DNA of 64,000 nucleotides, taken from Acidimicrobiia bacterium. GTDB taxonomy: Bacteria; Actinomycetota; Acidimicrobiia; Spongiisociales; UBA5794. The position numbers were made by a program, and so were the translations under genes. Positions 47,241 to 56,960 of the stretch are shown in pieces. The DNA lies in the NCBI GenBank assembly GCA_036985855.1, contig BTQL01000003.1:18967-82966 (forward strand), read 5' to 3'. The notes beneath the pieces are model-generated. The model saw only the letters and a program-made list of their open reading frames with translations, made no database searches and was not told the origin of the DNA. Within the stretch, counting starts at the first letter, position 1; every line of letters starts with the position of its first letter.

Positions 47241-48335
47241 CTAGACCTCCTGGAGCGCTGCTGTTGCCGTGTCCGCCAGACTGGTCAGCGCATCGATGTT
47301 TCCTTGAATCACATCATGCCAGCCAGCGAGGTAATCGGGCGACTTGAGCTCCGGGATCGGGACGCCTTCGATCGTCGCAGGTGCTGAGGCATGCACGAAG
47401 ATGCGTGTGCCGGACCCGGTGGGCATCAGGTAGTAGGTGTAGGTCACGAAGGAGCCCTCGACGAAGTCGACCATCACTGTTGCGTAGTCGAACGGCCGCA
47501 TGTCGAGAACCGTGAAAAGTGCGGTTGAACCGTCACCGTGGGCGCAATGGAACTCGGTGCCGGGACCGATGCGTCCGTCACGCGTGGCCTCGAGACCCAT
47601 CTTCACCGACACGGTGATCCATTCGACCCTCTTGCGAGGATCGATGAGGTGATCCCAGATCACCGCGGGAGGTGCCACGGACTGTCCTCTCACCGTATCC
47701 CACGCATCGGCTGGCGCGATCTTGATCTCCTTCTGCTTCTGCAGGAACGTCCAGACGTCGTGCAGGGAGGAGACGTATCCGTCGACGACGCCGATGTGCT
47801 CATACTCCTCCGAGTGCGGAGTCCATGCGGCGACCATGTGTGATACATCGAGGGTGTCGACGCACTGTTGCGTTATGAGCAGATAGTCGGTGACACCGGT
47901 CGCCTCCACGACGTGGTTCTTGAGGAGACGATGAACGGCGATGACATCCGGACCCGAAAGGGTTGTGATATCTCCAACAGACGCTTTCATGAACTCGCCG
48001 CAGTGCAGAACGATCTTCAAACCGAGTGACCCGATGTTGACACACGCGTTGCAGGTACACGTCGTGTTGATCACCATGTTCTCGAGGGCGGACGCAAATG
48101 CGCAGTACAGCAGCTCGACCGATTCGAGGACCGTCTGGCCATACATGCCCTTTGTCATCTCGCCGTACATGAAGATGGCGTCTCCCTCGATGCTCGACAC
48201 CGTGAGTGGGGCCTCGATGGCACCGATGATCGAGTTCAGGAGGTCCGCGACCACACCATTGCCGTGGTCGAGCTCACTGTCGGTCAAGAACTGCGTGTAA
48301 CCAGAAATGTCCGCGATGACGAGATAACCGTGCAA
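47241..48335 (-). CDS. DUF2652 (class III nucleotide cyclase-like) domain fused to SRPBCC domain
   Basis: IADISGYT, IEGDA, CTCNAC, K...H.GEF, G.DVI.VHRLLKN; C-terminal PPAVIWD.L, FHCAHG. Confidence 0.8.
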   Translation of the reverse strand: MHGYLVIADISGYTQFLTDSELDHGNGVVADLLNSIIGAIEAPLTVSSIEGDAIFMYGEMTKGMYGQTVLESVELLYCAFASALENMVINTTCTCNACVNIGSLGLKIVLHCGEFMKASVGDITTLSGPDVIAVHRLLKNHVVEATGVTDYLLITQQCVDTLDVSHMVAAWTPHSEEYEHIGVVDGYVSSLHDVWTFLQKQKEIKIAPADAWDTVRGQSVAPPAVIWDHLIDPRKRVEWITVSVKMGLEATRDGRIGPGTEFHCAHGDGSTALFTVLDMRPFDYATVMVDFVEGSFVTYTYYLMPTGSGTRIFVHASAPATIEGVPIPELKSPDYLAGWHDVIQGNIDALTSLADTATAALQEV

Positions 48336-48416
48336 GGAGAAACCTTCCCTATCCGCTCACTTTACCTGTTCGAATGTTCGGGTTACGCGGCCGGCAGGAT
48401 CACGCGCTCGCAATGG

Positions 48417-48442
48417 AAGTGGGGGCCCTTTGGCCCTCACTT
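48417..48442. terminator. Terminator-like hairpin downstream of the PASTA gene
   Basis: AAGTGGGGGCC-CTTT-GGCCCTCACTT. Confidence 0.55.
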
Positions 48443-48464
48443 CGTGTTGATCGCCTGTGCGGCA

Positions 48465-50174
48465 CTAGGAATTGTCACTGCTTTCCGCGTCCGTGCTGTC
48501 TGGGCTGTCGCCACTGCTGCCCGTGACCATGCGGACGACGAGCAGTACGATCGCGATGATGGCGAGACCGAGAAGAATCCAGGCCCAGAGAGGGAATCCA
48601 CTGTCGGCTTCGACGACCTCGTCGGTCGGCTCGTCCGTTGAGCTACCGGCGGCCGGGATCTCGAAGGTCGCCTCGTAGGCGCTCGTATCGGAAGCAGTGC
48701 CCTCAACGAGCAAGAATTCGGTGTCATTGTCGACATCTGAGAGATCGAACTTGACGCTCCACGCACCATCGTCCTGGACTGCTACGGACTCTGTGAGATC
48801 TGTCCCGACGACACTGAGCTGCACCGTCGATCCGGGAAGCAGGCCGATACCCGTGACGGTCATCAGGCGATTCTGATCGAGGATCACGATGACCCATGGC
48901 ACACCGAGATCTGGACTGAGCTGTGCCACGACCTCCGAGCCACCTTCGACGGTGGTCCCCGGAACCGGGTCCTGACCGATGACGACGCCTTCAGGATCTG
49001 GATTGTCCGAATCCTCCAAGAAAGTGATCGTCAGGCCAGCGGTCCCGACAGCCGTGGTTGCTTCGTCGACGGTCATGCCAGACAGATCGGGCACGACCAC
49101 GTCGCTTGGACCGCTCGAAACGGTCATCTCGACGGACGTCCCCTGCACAACTTCGGTGCCGGCAGCAGGGTTGGTCGAAACGACAAGCCCAGCCTCGACA
49201 TCCACGCTCGGCTGCTCAGATGCGGTTACAACGAAGCCCTCACCTTCGAGGATTGCCTGCGCGTCGGCTTTCGGTTCTCCGGTTACGTCCGGAACGAGTA
49301 CCGTCGTGGGAGCGTCGGGGCCGGTTGACACGACGATGTTCACCTTCGTACCCGCCGCGACCATCGTCCCCTCGTCCGGATCCTGGGAGACGACATCACC
49401 CGAAGGAACGACGTCGTCCGGTGCCTCAGTGATCTCAGGGGCGAGGCCTGCATCCTTGATCGCTGAGTCTGCATCAGCTTGTCGGAGTCCAACAACATCC
49501 GGTACGGCTACATCACCGGGCGGGCCCGGTGCGATCTGCGCGATCAGCTCGGTCATTGATTTGACAACCGAGGCCGCGATCATTGCTTCCTGGGTGTCGC
49601 TGACCGCGAACACGTCGGTGTATGAATCCGGGGGCGTTGCGATTTCTCTCGCAATGCCGTCGACGTCGATCGTCATAGGAGTATTCGCGGGAACGATCGC
49701 TGTTGGAAGGCCTTCTCCCGGCTGCACCTCTACAGGAGCCTCCGTGCCGAACGCCACCAGAACGGTGGCGCCTGTCGCATTCCAGAACGTGACCTTGGCC
49801 ATGCCGTCGTCTATTGCGACGACGTCTATCGGATATGCCAATGCGGTGTCGGGATCCACGCCGAATCCCGAAACCACGGTCTGAGCAGATCCCACGGCTG
49901 CTTCGATGGACACCGCAGAGTCGATCGTGCCGCCGGTGAACGCAACGTCGTACGTTCCAGCGGGCAGGGTCTTCCCAACGCCGTCGGTTCCGTATTCGAG
50001 ACCGTCGGCGATCTTCTCTGTACCAGCAGCGACCGTGACCGGTCCGGTACTGGCGCCGTTGACGGCAGCCAGATATCCGAGGTCGACCTGTTGCGCACCA
50101 GCCGTCGCGATGACGGTTGCGAACAGGGCGCCGACCATTGCCAGGACGAGCGCGAACCGAGTGAGTGATTTCAT
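48465..50174 (-). CDS. Secreted PASTA-repeat protein with C-terminal membrane anchor
   Basis: Signal peptide, beta-rich N-terminal domains, three VPD..G...A...L/V..Q.P..G..V PASTA repeats, C-terminal TM; SD GGGAGG. Confidence 0.85.
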   Translation of the reverse strand: MKSLTRFALVLAMVGALFATVIATAGAQQVDLGYLAAVNGASTGPVTVAAGTEKIADGLEYGTDGVGKTLPAGTYDVAFTGGTIDSAVSIEAAVGSAQTVVSGFGVDPDTALAYPIDVVAIDDGMAKVTFWNATGATVLVAFGTEAPVEVQPGEGLPTAIVPANTPMTIDVDGIAREIATPPDSYTDVFAVSDTQEAMIAASVVKSMTELIAQIAPGPPGDVAVPDVVGLRQADADSAIKDAGLAPEITEAPDDVVPSGDVVSQDPDEGTMVAAGTKVNIVVSTGPDAPTTVLVPDVTGEPKADAQAILEGEGFVVTASEQPSVDVEAGLVVSTNPAAGTEVVQGTSVEMTVSSGPSDVVVPDLSGMTVDEATTAVGTAGLTITFLEDSDNPDPEGVVIGQDPVPGTTVEGGSEVVAQLSPDLGVPWVIVILDQNRLMTVTGIGLLPGSTVQLSVVGTDLTESVAVQDDGAWSVKFDLSDVDNDTEFLLVEGTASDTSAYEATFEIPAAGSSTDEPTDEVVEADSGFPLWAWILLGLAIIAIVLLVVRMVTGSSGDSPDSTDAESSDNS

Positions 50175-50386
50175 GTTGTTCCTCCCTTGTGAATCCAGTC
50201 GTGCTCTGGATTGAGCTTGGTCATACGACCCTGCTCGCCCACGAGCGTATGTCGGTGCCGACTCAAACGTACGGATTTCTTCTGACCACTGAGGACCGAC
50301 CGGTCGCCTTCTGAGATCTCCGTCGAACGAATCGGGGAGCGCGAGAACGCTCAGCCGTTTCCTTTTCAGCTTCATCGGTACTACTA

Positions 50387-50402
50387 TCGAACGTATGTTC
50401 GA
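50387..50402. promoter_or_regulatory. LexA (SOS/Cheo) box overlapping the helicase start codon
   Basis: TCGAAC-GTAT-GTTCGA matches the actinobacterial TCGAAC-N4-GTTCGA; -10 TACTAT at 50382-50387. Confidence 0.85.
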
Positions 50403-52449
50403 TATCGACTCCGACACGTCGTCGTATCTCAGTGAACTCAACGACCGACAGCGGCAGGCCGTTCTTCATGGCGATGGCCCGTTGCTCGTCATCGCCGGCG
50501 CAGGGTCGGGGAAGACGAGGACGCTTGCCTCGCGGGTAGCTCACCTCATCGACCGTGGCGTGCCGGCCGAACGAATACTTTTGCTCACGTTCACGCGACG
50601 AGCATCGGCAGAGATGCTCAAACGGGCAAGCGCATCGATCGAGGACCGGAACTCTGGACGCGTGTGGGGCGGGACGTTCCACTCCATTGCCAACCGACTC
50701 TTGCGCCAATACGGGAGAGCGGTTGGTTTGGACGATGGGTTCACGGTGATCGACCGCGCAGACACCGAGTCTCTGTTCGGCATTCTCAGAACCGAGAATG
50801 GGTTCGGCAAGGCGAAGGCGCGGTTCCCTCGCAAAGAGACGATCGCTTCGATCTACTCACGAATCGTGAACGCTCAGACATCGCTGTCGGAAACACTCGA
50901 AGAGCGCTTCCCGTGGTGTCGGGACCACCCCGAAGAACTCAAGACGCTGTTCATCGGATACACCGAACGGAAGCGAGATCACAACGTCATCGACTATGAC
51001 GATCTGCTGCTCTACTGGCAGGCGTTGCTCGCTTCCGATGCGGGCGATGTCGTGCGCGAGCTGTTCGACCATGTCCTTGTCGATGAATACCAGGACACAA
51101 ATCTCGTCCAGGCAGACATCCTTCGCTCACTGTGTGGGTCGGCCGGCAATCTGACGGTTGTTGGTGATGATGCCCAGTCCATCTATTCGTTCCGGGCGGC
51201 GCGGGTGGAGAACATTCTCGGCTTCCCAGACGAATACGACGATGTGACCGTCGTCACGCTCGAACAGAACTATCGCTCGACACCGCAGATCCTCTCGTCA
51301 TCGAACGCGGTGATCGGCGCATCCGACACCGCCTTCGTCAAACAGCTGTGGACCAGCCGACCATCTGGACCGATCCCCGATCTCGTGACCTGCTACGACG
51401 AGGCGGCACAAGCTGATTGGGTGTGTGATCGAGTGCTTGAACTCAGAGAGCAGGGTGTCGACCTGCGCGACCAGGCGGTGCTCTTTCGCACAGGCCACCA
51501 CTCCGGTGGTCTGGAGATCGAGCTTTCCAGGCGAAACATCCCGTTCGTGAAATTTGGTGGCCTCAAGTTCCTCGAGGCGGCGCACGTCAAGGACCTCCTG
51601 TCGCTGCTACGGATACTCGATAATCCCAGGGACGTACTCGCATGGAACCGAGTGCTTCTGATGCTTCCGGGTGTCGGACCAGCGACTGCGGCAAAGATCC
51701 TTGCTCATATCGAACAAGTGGGTACATCAGCCGGAACCGATGTCCTCGAAGCGTTCCTGACCTATGACTTACCCGTCACAAACGAGACGCGAGAAGTGCT
51801 CGGCCTCCTGCGTGATGTACTCACGGACTGTCGTGGGGATGGTGTGGCGCAACCTGGTCCATCGAGCCAGATCGATCGGCTCGCCGATTTCTGCCGGGCA
51901 GTGTTCGACCGTTCATACGACGATGCCGAGGCTCGCCTTGCCGATATCGAGCATCTCGCGGCGCTCGCTGCCGACTACCCGGATCGGAGCTGCTTTCTCA
52001 CTGAGATCACGCTTGACCCTCCGAATAGCACGACCGATCTCGCCGACGTCCCTCACCTGGATGATGACTATCTCATCCTCTCGACGATCCACTCCGCAAA
52101 GGGGGGTGAGTGGAAGTCAGTCACCGTGATCCATGCAGCCGACGGGAACATCCCATCGGACATGGCACTGAGCGAGCCGGGTGGACTCGAGGAAGAACGC
52201 AGGCTGCTCTATGTGGCGCTGACAAGGGCCAAGGATCGCTTGGCGGTGACGGTACCCCAGCGTTACTACCACCACCGATATTCGACGAATGGCAACCATT
52301 CCTACGCACTCGCGAGCCGGTTTCTCGAACCGGCCATGGAGTGGTTCATGCCGTCAGCCACGGGAGTTTCCCAAGCTGTCGCCGACGCAGTATCCGTGGG
52401 TTCGGGCCGAGACACCGTCGCCGAGGCATTGACAACTTTGTGGGACTGA
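50395..52449 (+). CDS. uvrD: UvrD/PcrA/Rep-family ATP-dependent helicase
   Basis: AGAGSGKT, LTFT, TFHS, VDEYQDTN, VGDDAQSIY.FR, QNYRS, TIHSAKG.EW, EERRLLYVALTRA. Confidence 0.93.
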   Translation: MFDIDSDTSSYLSELNDRQRQAVLHGDGPLLVIAGAGSGKTRTLASRVAHLIDRGVPAERILLLTFTRRASAEMLKRASASIEDRNSGRVWGGTFHSIANRLLRQYGRAVGLDDGFTVIDRADTESLFGILRTENGFGKAKARFPRKETIASIYSRIVNAQTSLSETLEERFPWCRDHPEELKTLFIGYTERKRDHNVIDYDDLLLYWQALLASDAGDVVRELFDHVLVDEYQDTNLVQADILRSLCGSAGNLTVVGDDAQSIYSFRAARVENILGFPDEYDDVTVVTLEQNYRSTPQILSSSNAVIGASDTAFVKQLWTSRPSGPIPDLVTCYDEAAQADWVCDRVLELREQGVDLRDQAVLFRTGHHSGGLEIELSRRNIPFVKFGGLKFLEAAHVKDLLSLLRILDNPRDVLAWNRVLLMLPGVGPATAAKILAHIEQVGTSAGTDVLEAFLTYDLPVTNETREVLGLLRDVLTDCRGDGVAQPGPSSQIDRLADFCRAVFDRSYDDAEARLADIEHLAALAADYPDRSCFLTEITLDPPNSTTDLADVPHLDDDYLILSTIHSAKGGEWKSVTVIHAADGNIPSDMALSEPGGLEEERRLLYVALTRAKDRLAVTVPQRYYHHRYSTNGNHSYALASRFLEPAMEWFMPSATGVSQAVADAVSVGSGRDTVAEALTTLWD

Positions 52450-52475
52450 CCCCCATCACCAATCGTGGATACCCA

Positions 52476-52510
52476 GGGTTCCAGACCGGACTGAGTCCGG
52501 TCAGGAGCCC
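52476..52510. terminator. Hairpin between convergent genes (probable bidirectional terminator)
   Basis: GGGTTCC-A-GACCGGAC-TGA-GTCCGGTC-A-GGAGCCC. Confidence 0.7.
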
Positions 52511-52531
52511 ACAGAAACGAGCATCGGCGAT

Positions 52532-53542
52532 CTACGATCGACCGTTGACCGCCTTCGGTATCCACGCTGCACATTTTGCGAGTGTGCGTTTCGAAGCTGG
52601 CTCCCACGGGATGAGAACAGGCCACACATGGGGCATCTCTGGTTCGATGACGAGTTGACAATCAACACCGTCTCTTTCGGCGTTCTCAGCGAGTCGTAGG
52701 GAATCAGCGAGCAGCATTTCGGCACCTCCCGCGAACACCAGCATCGGTGGGAATCCTGTGAGGTCGGCCTGTATCGGTGAGGCCTCCGGATCGGCGTGCT
52801 GATCCTGCGGTGCGTACCAGTCGTTCGGTGAGGACAGTTCTCGCACGGGTAGAAAATCGGTCGGGGCGTTCGTCCTGATCGTGTAACCGGTGTGGTCGAT
52901 GTCGACGTAGGGCGAGAAGAGGATCATGCCTGCAGGAAGCGGAAGTCCCTCGGCTCGCGCTCTGTGCACCATCGCAACCGCGAGGCCCGCGCCGGCAGAG
53001 TCTCCGGCAACGATCACTTCGCGTGGTGAGCTGCAGCGGGCGAGCAGTGCCCGGTATGAGTCGATGGCGTCATCGACCGCAGCAGGAAATGGATGCGCAG
53101 GGGCGAGTCGATACGTCGGCGCGGTTGCGGTGGCGCCCGTGCGAGCGACAATCCGGGCGATGTGTTCGCGGTGCGTGCCCGGGTTGCCGAAGATGTAGCC
53201 GCCGCCGTGGAAGTAGAGAATCGTCGCGGCATTCCGTGTCGCGTCAACACGCTCGAAGTGGTCAGCGACGTTTCGACCCATCTGGCGGGATGTCACCCGC
53301 ACCGCTCCGACGAGCGACGCGGGCAGAGGCATCTTGATACGGAGCCCGATGCTGTTGATCCACGGATCTTCCTTGTGGTCTGCTGCAACGGTGATGACTC
53401 TTCGTGCGAAAGCAACCGCCCATTCGGTGCGCCACGACCATGTTGGCAGCGTCGGCCCCAGCAGCAGCCTCGTGAAAGTCGCCTTCGCGATCGCAGAGGT
53501 GGCAGCAATCCAGATGCGGATGAGCAGGATGATCGAGCGCAT
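52532..53542 (-). CDS. Alpha/beta hydrolase (HSL-family esterase)
   Basis: YFHGGGY, YRLAP.HPFPAA.DD, GDSAG, G.E.L, HVW. Confidence 0.92.
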   Translation of the reverse strand: MRSIILLIRIWIAATSAIAKATFTRLLLGPTLPTWSWRTEWAVAFARRVITVAADHKEDPWINSIGLRIKMPLPASLVGAVRVTSRQMGRNVADHFERVDATRNAATILYFHGGGYIFGNPGTHREHIARIVARTGATATAPTYRLAPAHPFPAAVDDAIDSYRALLARCSSPREVIVAGDSAGAGLAVAMVHRARAEGLPLPAGMILFSPYVDIDHTGYTIRTNAPTDFLPVRELSSPNDWYAPQDQHADPEASPIQADLTGFPPMLVFAGGAEMLLADSLRLAENAERDGVDCQLVIEPEMPHVWPVLIPWEPASKRTLAKCAAWIPKAVNGRS

Positions 53543-53659
53543 GCTCCCACGCTATCGGACAACTGGAGTCTCGAAGTGGTACACGAGAACCGGACCTACC
53601 CTGCCTGAGTTCTCGGCGGGTCCGTGCCAGGTTGATCCGTCACTTCCAAGGAGAGTTCC

Positions 53660-53935
53660 ATGTTGCTGCGATTTGTGGTCGCGCTCGGAGGCATCACCTT
53701 TATCGCGACCGGTGTCGGCGTATTCCTTACAGATTCTTGCAATTCGGTCACATGGGGTACTCGGGGTTCAAACCGTGCTGGCAACTTCACCGCGACTTGC
53801 CAGGACGTTTTGGTAGATGGCGCAATGAGTCAGGGCACCGCAGGTATTCTTGCCATCGCGGTAGGGCTGCTGCTGATTCTGACGGTGTCTGTGCCACTTC
53901 TTCGGAGTCGCGGAGTCGATCTCATCAGGCGCTAG
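53660..53935 (+). CDS. Small 2-TM hypothetical membrane protein
   Basis: SD AAGGAG; two TMs flanking a loop with two Cys. Confidence 0.7.
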   Translation: MLLRFVVALGGITFIATGVGVFLTDSCNSVTWGTRGSNRAGNFTATCQDVLVDGAMSQGTAGILAIAVGLLLILTVSVPLLRSRGVDLIRR

Positions 53936-55973
53936 CGCGCGTCCCAGTCTCCAGCAGCAGCTTCGCCCTGAGCCCTTCCACCGAATCGACGGGCAACTCG
54001 CACACAAGCTGTCTACAGACGTACGCCAAGCTGGCGGTCTCTTCGGACCTGCTTGCGAGCAGTGGGATCGCCGAGTCAGCGCCACCACTCGAAGCCATGA
54101 CGACGTCCGGTCTGAAACGCTCCCATACCACACGTTCCATCGAGCTACGGTCTCCGTCTCCTCCTACGATCGCAACTTCGTAGATGCCAACGAGGTTCGT
54201 GAGCCAGATCGCCAGCCCGTAACCCCCGAACGTCGGATGGTCGACGGCGTCGCGCGCAAGCAGCTGCATCGTACGACCGGACTCGGTGATCGCTTCGGTG
54301 TCCGCCGTATACGCAGCGTGCAGGAGGAGCGCTTCCATGGCGAGCGCATTGTCAGAAGGTGTCGGGTTGTCCTGCGTGTTCTTCGGGCGTGCGATCAGCG
54401 GATCTACGCTTTGGGACGTGCCAAAGAACCCGCCCTTGGGATCCGCAAACCCTGCTCGCAGGTGCTCGACGTGGGTTTCGGCCGCTTCATACCACGCCTC
54501 ATGCCCTGTCACCTGGTACAGCGTGTACAGCCCGATCGCGAGAGAGGCGTGGTCGTCTGCGAATGCAACGTGCCCCGGGCGGTTTCGCCATGAGCGCACG
54601 AGATCTCCGTCCGGGGATGCTTCACCCAGGAGGAACCTGGCGATCGCTTCCGCCCGGCTGACGTATCGTGGTTCCTGGAGAATGATGCCTGCTTCTGCAA
54701 AGGCGCGCATTGCGAGACCGTTCCATGCGGTGACGATCTTGTCGTCGCGTCCTGGTGGAGTGCGTTGCGCTCTCACCAATCTGAGGCGATCGTCGATCGA
54801 TCGCTTCCGTTCCTCGATCGTGCTGACGTCCAGTCCAGTTGCTGCTGAGATGTCGGCGAGGCCAACGAATCGGTGCAGGATATTCATACCCTCGAAGTTT
54901 CCTTCAGGGGTTGCCCCGTAAATCGCTGCGGCGAGGTTCCGGTCTTCCCCGAGCACCGAGCCGAGTTCATCCCAGGACCAGACGGCGAATCTGCCTTCCA
55001 CACCCTCAGAGTCTGCGTCTTCTGCTGAATGCAGCCCTCCGTGGTCGTCGGCCATGGCGATATCGAGATAGTCGAGCACTTCGATCGCGACATCTCGGAA
55101 CAGGTGGACCTCTGTCAGCTGCCACGCACGGAGGTAGACCCTTGCCAGCTGGGCGTTGTCGTAGAGCATCTTCTCGAAGTGGGGAACGATCCATTGTGCA
55201 TCAACGGAGTATCTGGCGAACCCTCCGAGCAGGTGGTCGTAGATGCCGCCCTGTGCCATTGCGGTGAGCTGGAGGGTGAGCATGTCGAGACTCTGTTTGG
55301 CAGCTGCGGTTCCGGGAAGGAGCGCTGCTGTGCGCAATAGGAGCTCGAGCGCGGGCGCCTGAGGGAACTTTGGTGCGGTCCCGAAGCCGCCGTTGACACG
55401 GTCGAACGATGCGGACATTCGTTCAACTGCCTGCTCAATGTCCCGAATGCCGGGAAGCGGTGCCTGGTCGTTTCCCGCTGAAGCGATTGTCGCGGCGATG
55501 TCGTCTGCCTGTTGTAGCACACCCTGCCTGTTCGAGTTCCAGGCATCCAGTACAGCGGTCATGACGTTCGTGAATGACGGGTGCTGGCCCATCGTCTCTC
55601 TCGGGAAGTAGGTTCCGGCGAAGATCGGTTTCTGTTTCGGTGTGAGGAAAACGGTCATCGGCCATCCTCCCCTGCCGGTCGTCGCCGTGACGACGTCCAT
55701 ATAGATACGATCCACATCGGGTCGTTCCTCACGATCGACCTTGATGCTGACAAAGTGCTCGTTCATGAATGATGCGGTGTCGTCGTCTTCGAACGACTCG
55801 TGGGCCATCACATGGCACCAGTGACAAGTTGCGTATCCGATGGACAGAATCACTGGGACGTCTCGGCGTTCGGCTTCGGCGAATGCTTCGTCGCACCACT
55901 CGTACCAGTCAACGGGGTTGTCTTGATGCTGGAGCAGATACGGCGAGGTTGCGTCGGAAAGTCGGTTGGGCAT
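53925..55973 (-). CDS. Thioredoxin-domain protein, YyaL/SPATA20 family
   Basis: NRL...[45 protein letters not shown]. Confidence 0.95.
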   Translation of the reverse strand: MPNRLSDATSPYLLQHQDNPVDWYEWCDEAFAEAERRDVPVILSIGYATCHWCHVMAHESFEDDDTASFMNEHFVSIKVDREERPDVDRIYMDVVTATTGRGGWPMTVFLTPKQKPIFAGTYFPRETMGQHPSFTNVMTAVLDAWNSNRQGVLQQADDIAATIASAGNDQAPLPGIRDIEQAVERMSASFDRVNGGFGTAPKFPQAPALELLLRTAALLPGTAAAKQSLDMLTLQLTAMAQGGIYDHLLGGFARYSVDAQWIVPHFEKMLYDNAQLARVYLRAWQLTEVHLFRDVAIEVLDYLDIAMADDHGGLHSAEDADSEGVEGRFAVWSWDELGSVLGEDRNLAAAIYGATPEGNFEGMNILHRFVGLADISAATGLDVSTIEERKRSIDDRLRLVRAQRTPPGRDDKIVTAWNGLAMRAFAEAGIILQEPRYVSRAEAIARFLLGEASPDGDLVRSWRNRPGHVAFADDHASLAIGLYTLYQVTGHEAWYEAAETHVEHLRAGFADPKGGFFGTSQSVDPLIARPKNTQDNPTPSDNALAMEALLLHAAYTADTEAITESGRTMQLLARDAVDHPTFGGYGLAIWLTNLVGIYEVAIVGGDGDRSSMERVVWERFRPDVVMASSGGADSAIPLLASRSEETASLAYVCRQLVCELPVDSVEGLRAKLLLETGTRASA

Positions 55974-56073
55974 GGTCGGAGGGTACGAGATTCCCGACGG
56001 TCGTCCGACGCGTTCTCTGGGCTGTGGACCGGACTCAGTGCGGTGCAGAACCCTGGGTACGCGAATCAGGGGG

Positions 56074-56859
56074 TTAGTTGCGGGTGAGGGCGATGAGCCG
56101 CAGTATCTCGATGTACATCCACACGATGGTGACCATGAGACCGAACGCGCCGTACCACTCGAAGTATCTGGGTGCTCTCGCATTGGTTCCGCGGACGATC
56201 ATGTCGAAGTCGAGCATCAGATTGAGTGCAGCGATGCCGACGATGATCACGGAGAACACGATGCCCAGACCTCCGGAGAAGAACGGCAGCGACACGCCGA
56301 ACAGGACCAGCACGAAACTGAGGAGATAGAACAGCGCGATGCCGAGTGTTGCGCCGATGACGATCCCACGGAATCTCTCCGTCACCTTGATGGCGCCGGT
56401 CACGAACAGCACGAGCATGCCGACGAAGACTGCAGATGTTGCAAGGAGCGCCTGAAGGACGATCCCCTCGAAAGCGACGTTGTAAATGTGGCTGATTGCT
56501 CCGATCGCAACGCCCTGTGTCAGGGCATACAGCGGGCCGGTGAACACGGCGAGTTTCGGCTTGAAAGCTGTGACGATGGCGAGGACGACTGCACCGATCA
56601 ATACGAAGAACCACCAGCCTGGGATAGCGCTACTACCCGTCTCCGGCTGAACGAGTGACCAGCCCCACATTCCTGCGCCGACCATGAGGGCCAGCAGGAA
56701 CGCAGTCTTTGCAACCGTCCCGCTGATCGTCATCGAGTCTTCGTTTCCGACGGCAAACGGGATCTTCGCGCTCTGAAGCGCGGCATCGGCCTTGCCGGAA
56801 CCGGACGTGCCTGACTCCGGCAACGCCCCGAACTGCTTTGAAAGTGTCGGGTTGGCCAA
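56074..56859 (-). CDS. Bax inhibitor-1/YccA family membrane protein
   Basis: MT..G.V.KT, LYA...G, GIV.QA...T, L.LDFD, EWY.AFGL.VT.VW.Y.EILRL; SD AAGGAGG before TTG. Confidence 0.92.
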   Translation of the reverse strand: MANPTLSKQFGALPESGTSGSGKADAALQSAKIPFAVGNEDSMTISGTVAKTAFLLALMVGAGMWGWSLVQPETGSSAIPGWWFFVLIGAVVLAIVTAFKPKLAVFTGPLYALTQGVAIGAISHIYNVAFEGIVLQALLATSAVFVGMLVLFVTGAIKVTERFRGIVIGATLGIALFYLLSFVLVLFGVSLPFFSGGLGIVFSVIIVGIAALNLMLDFDMIVRGTNARAPRYFEWYGAFGLMVTIVWMYIEILRLIALTRN

Positions 56860-56960
56860 TCGTGCCTCCTTGCGGCAGGGATGGTAGACAAGCGATCGGG
56901 TCGTGAACTCGGCGCCAAGAATCGCCACCTCAGAGCCCTGAGGTGCCTAGCCTCGCGTCT

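Noticed and set aside
48367-48381. TGTTCGAATGTTCGG as a LexA box
   Set aside because: The half-sites are direct rather than the inverted GAAC-N4-GTTC arrangement.
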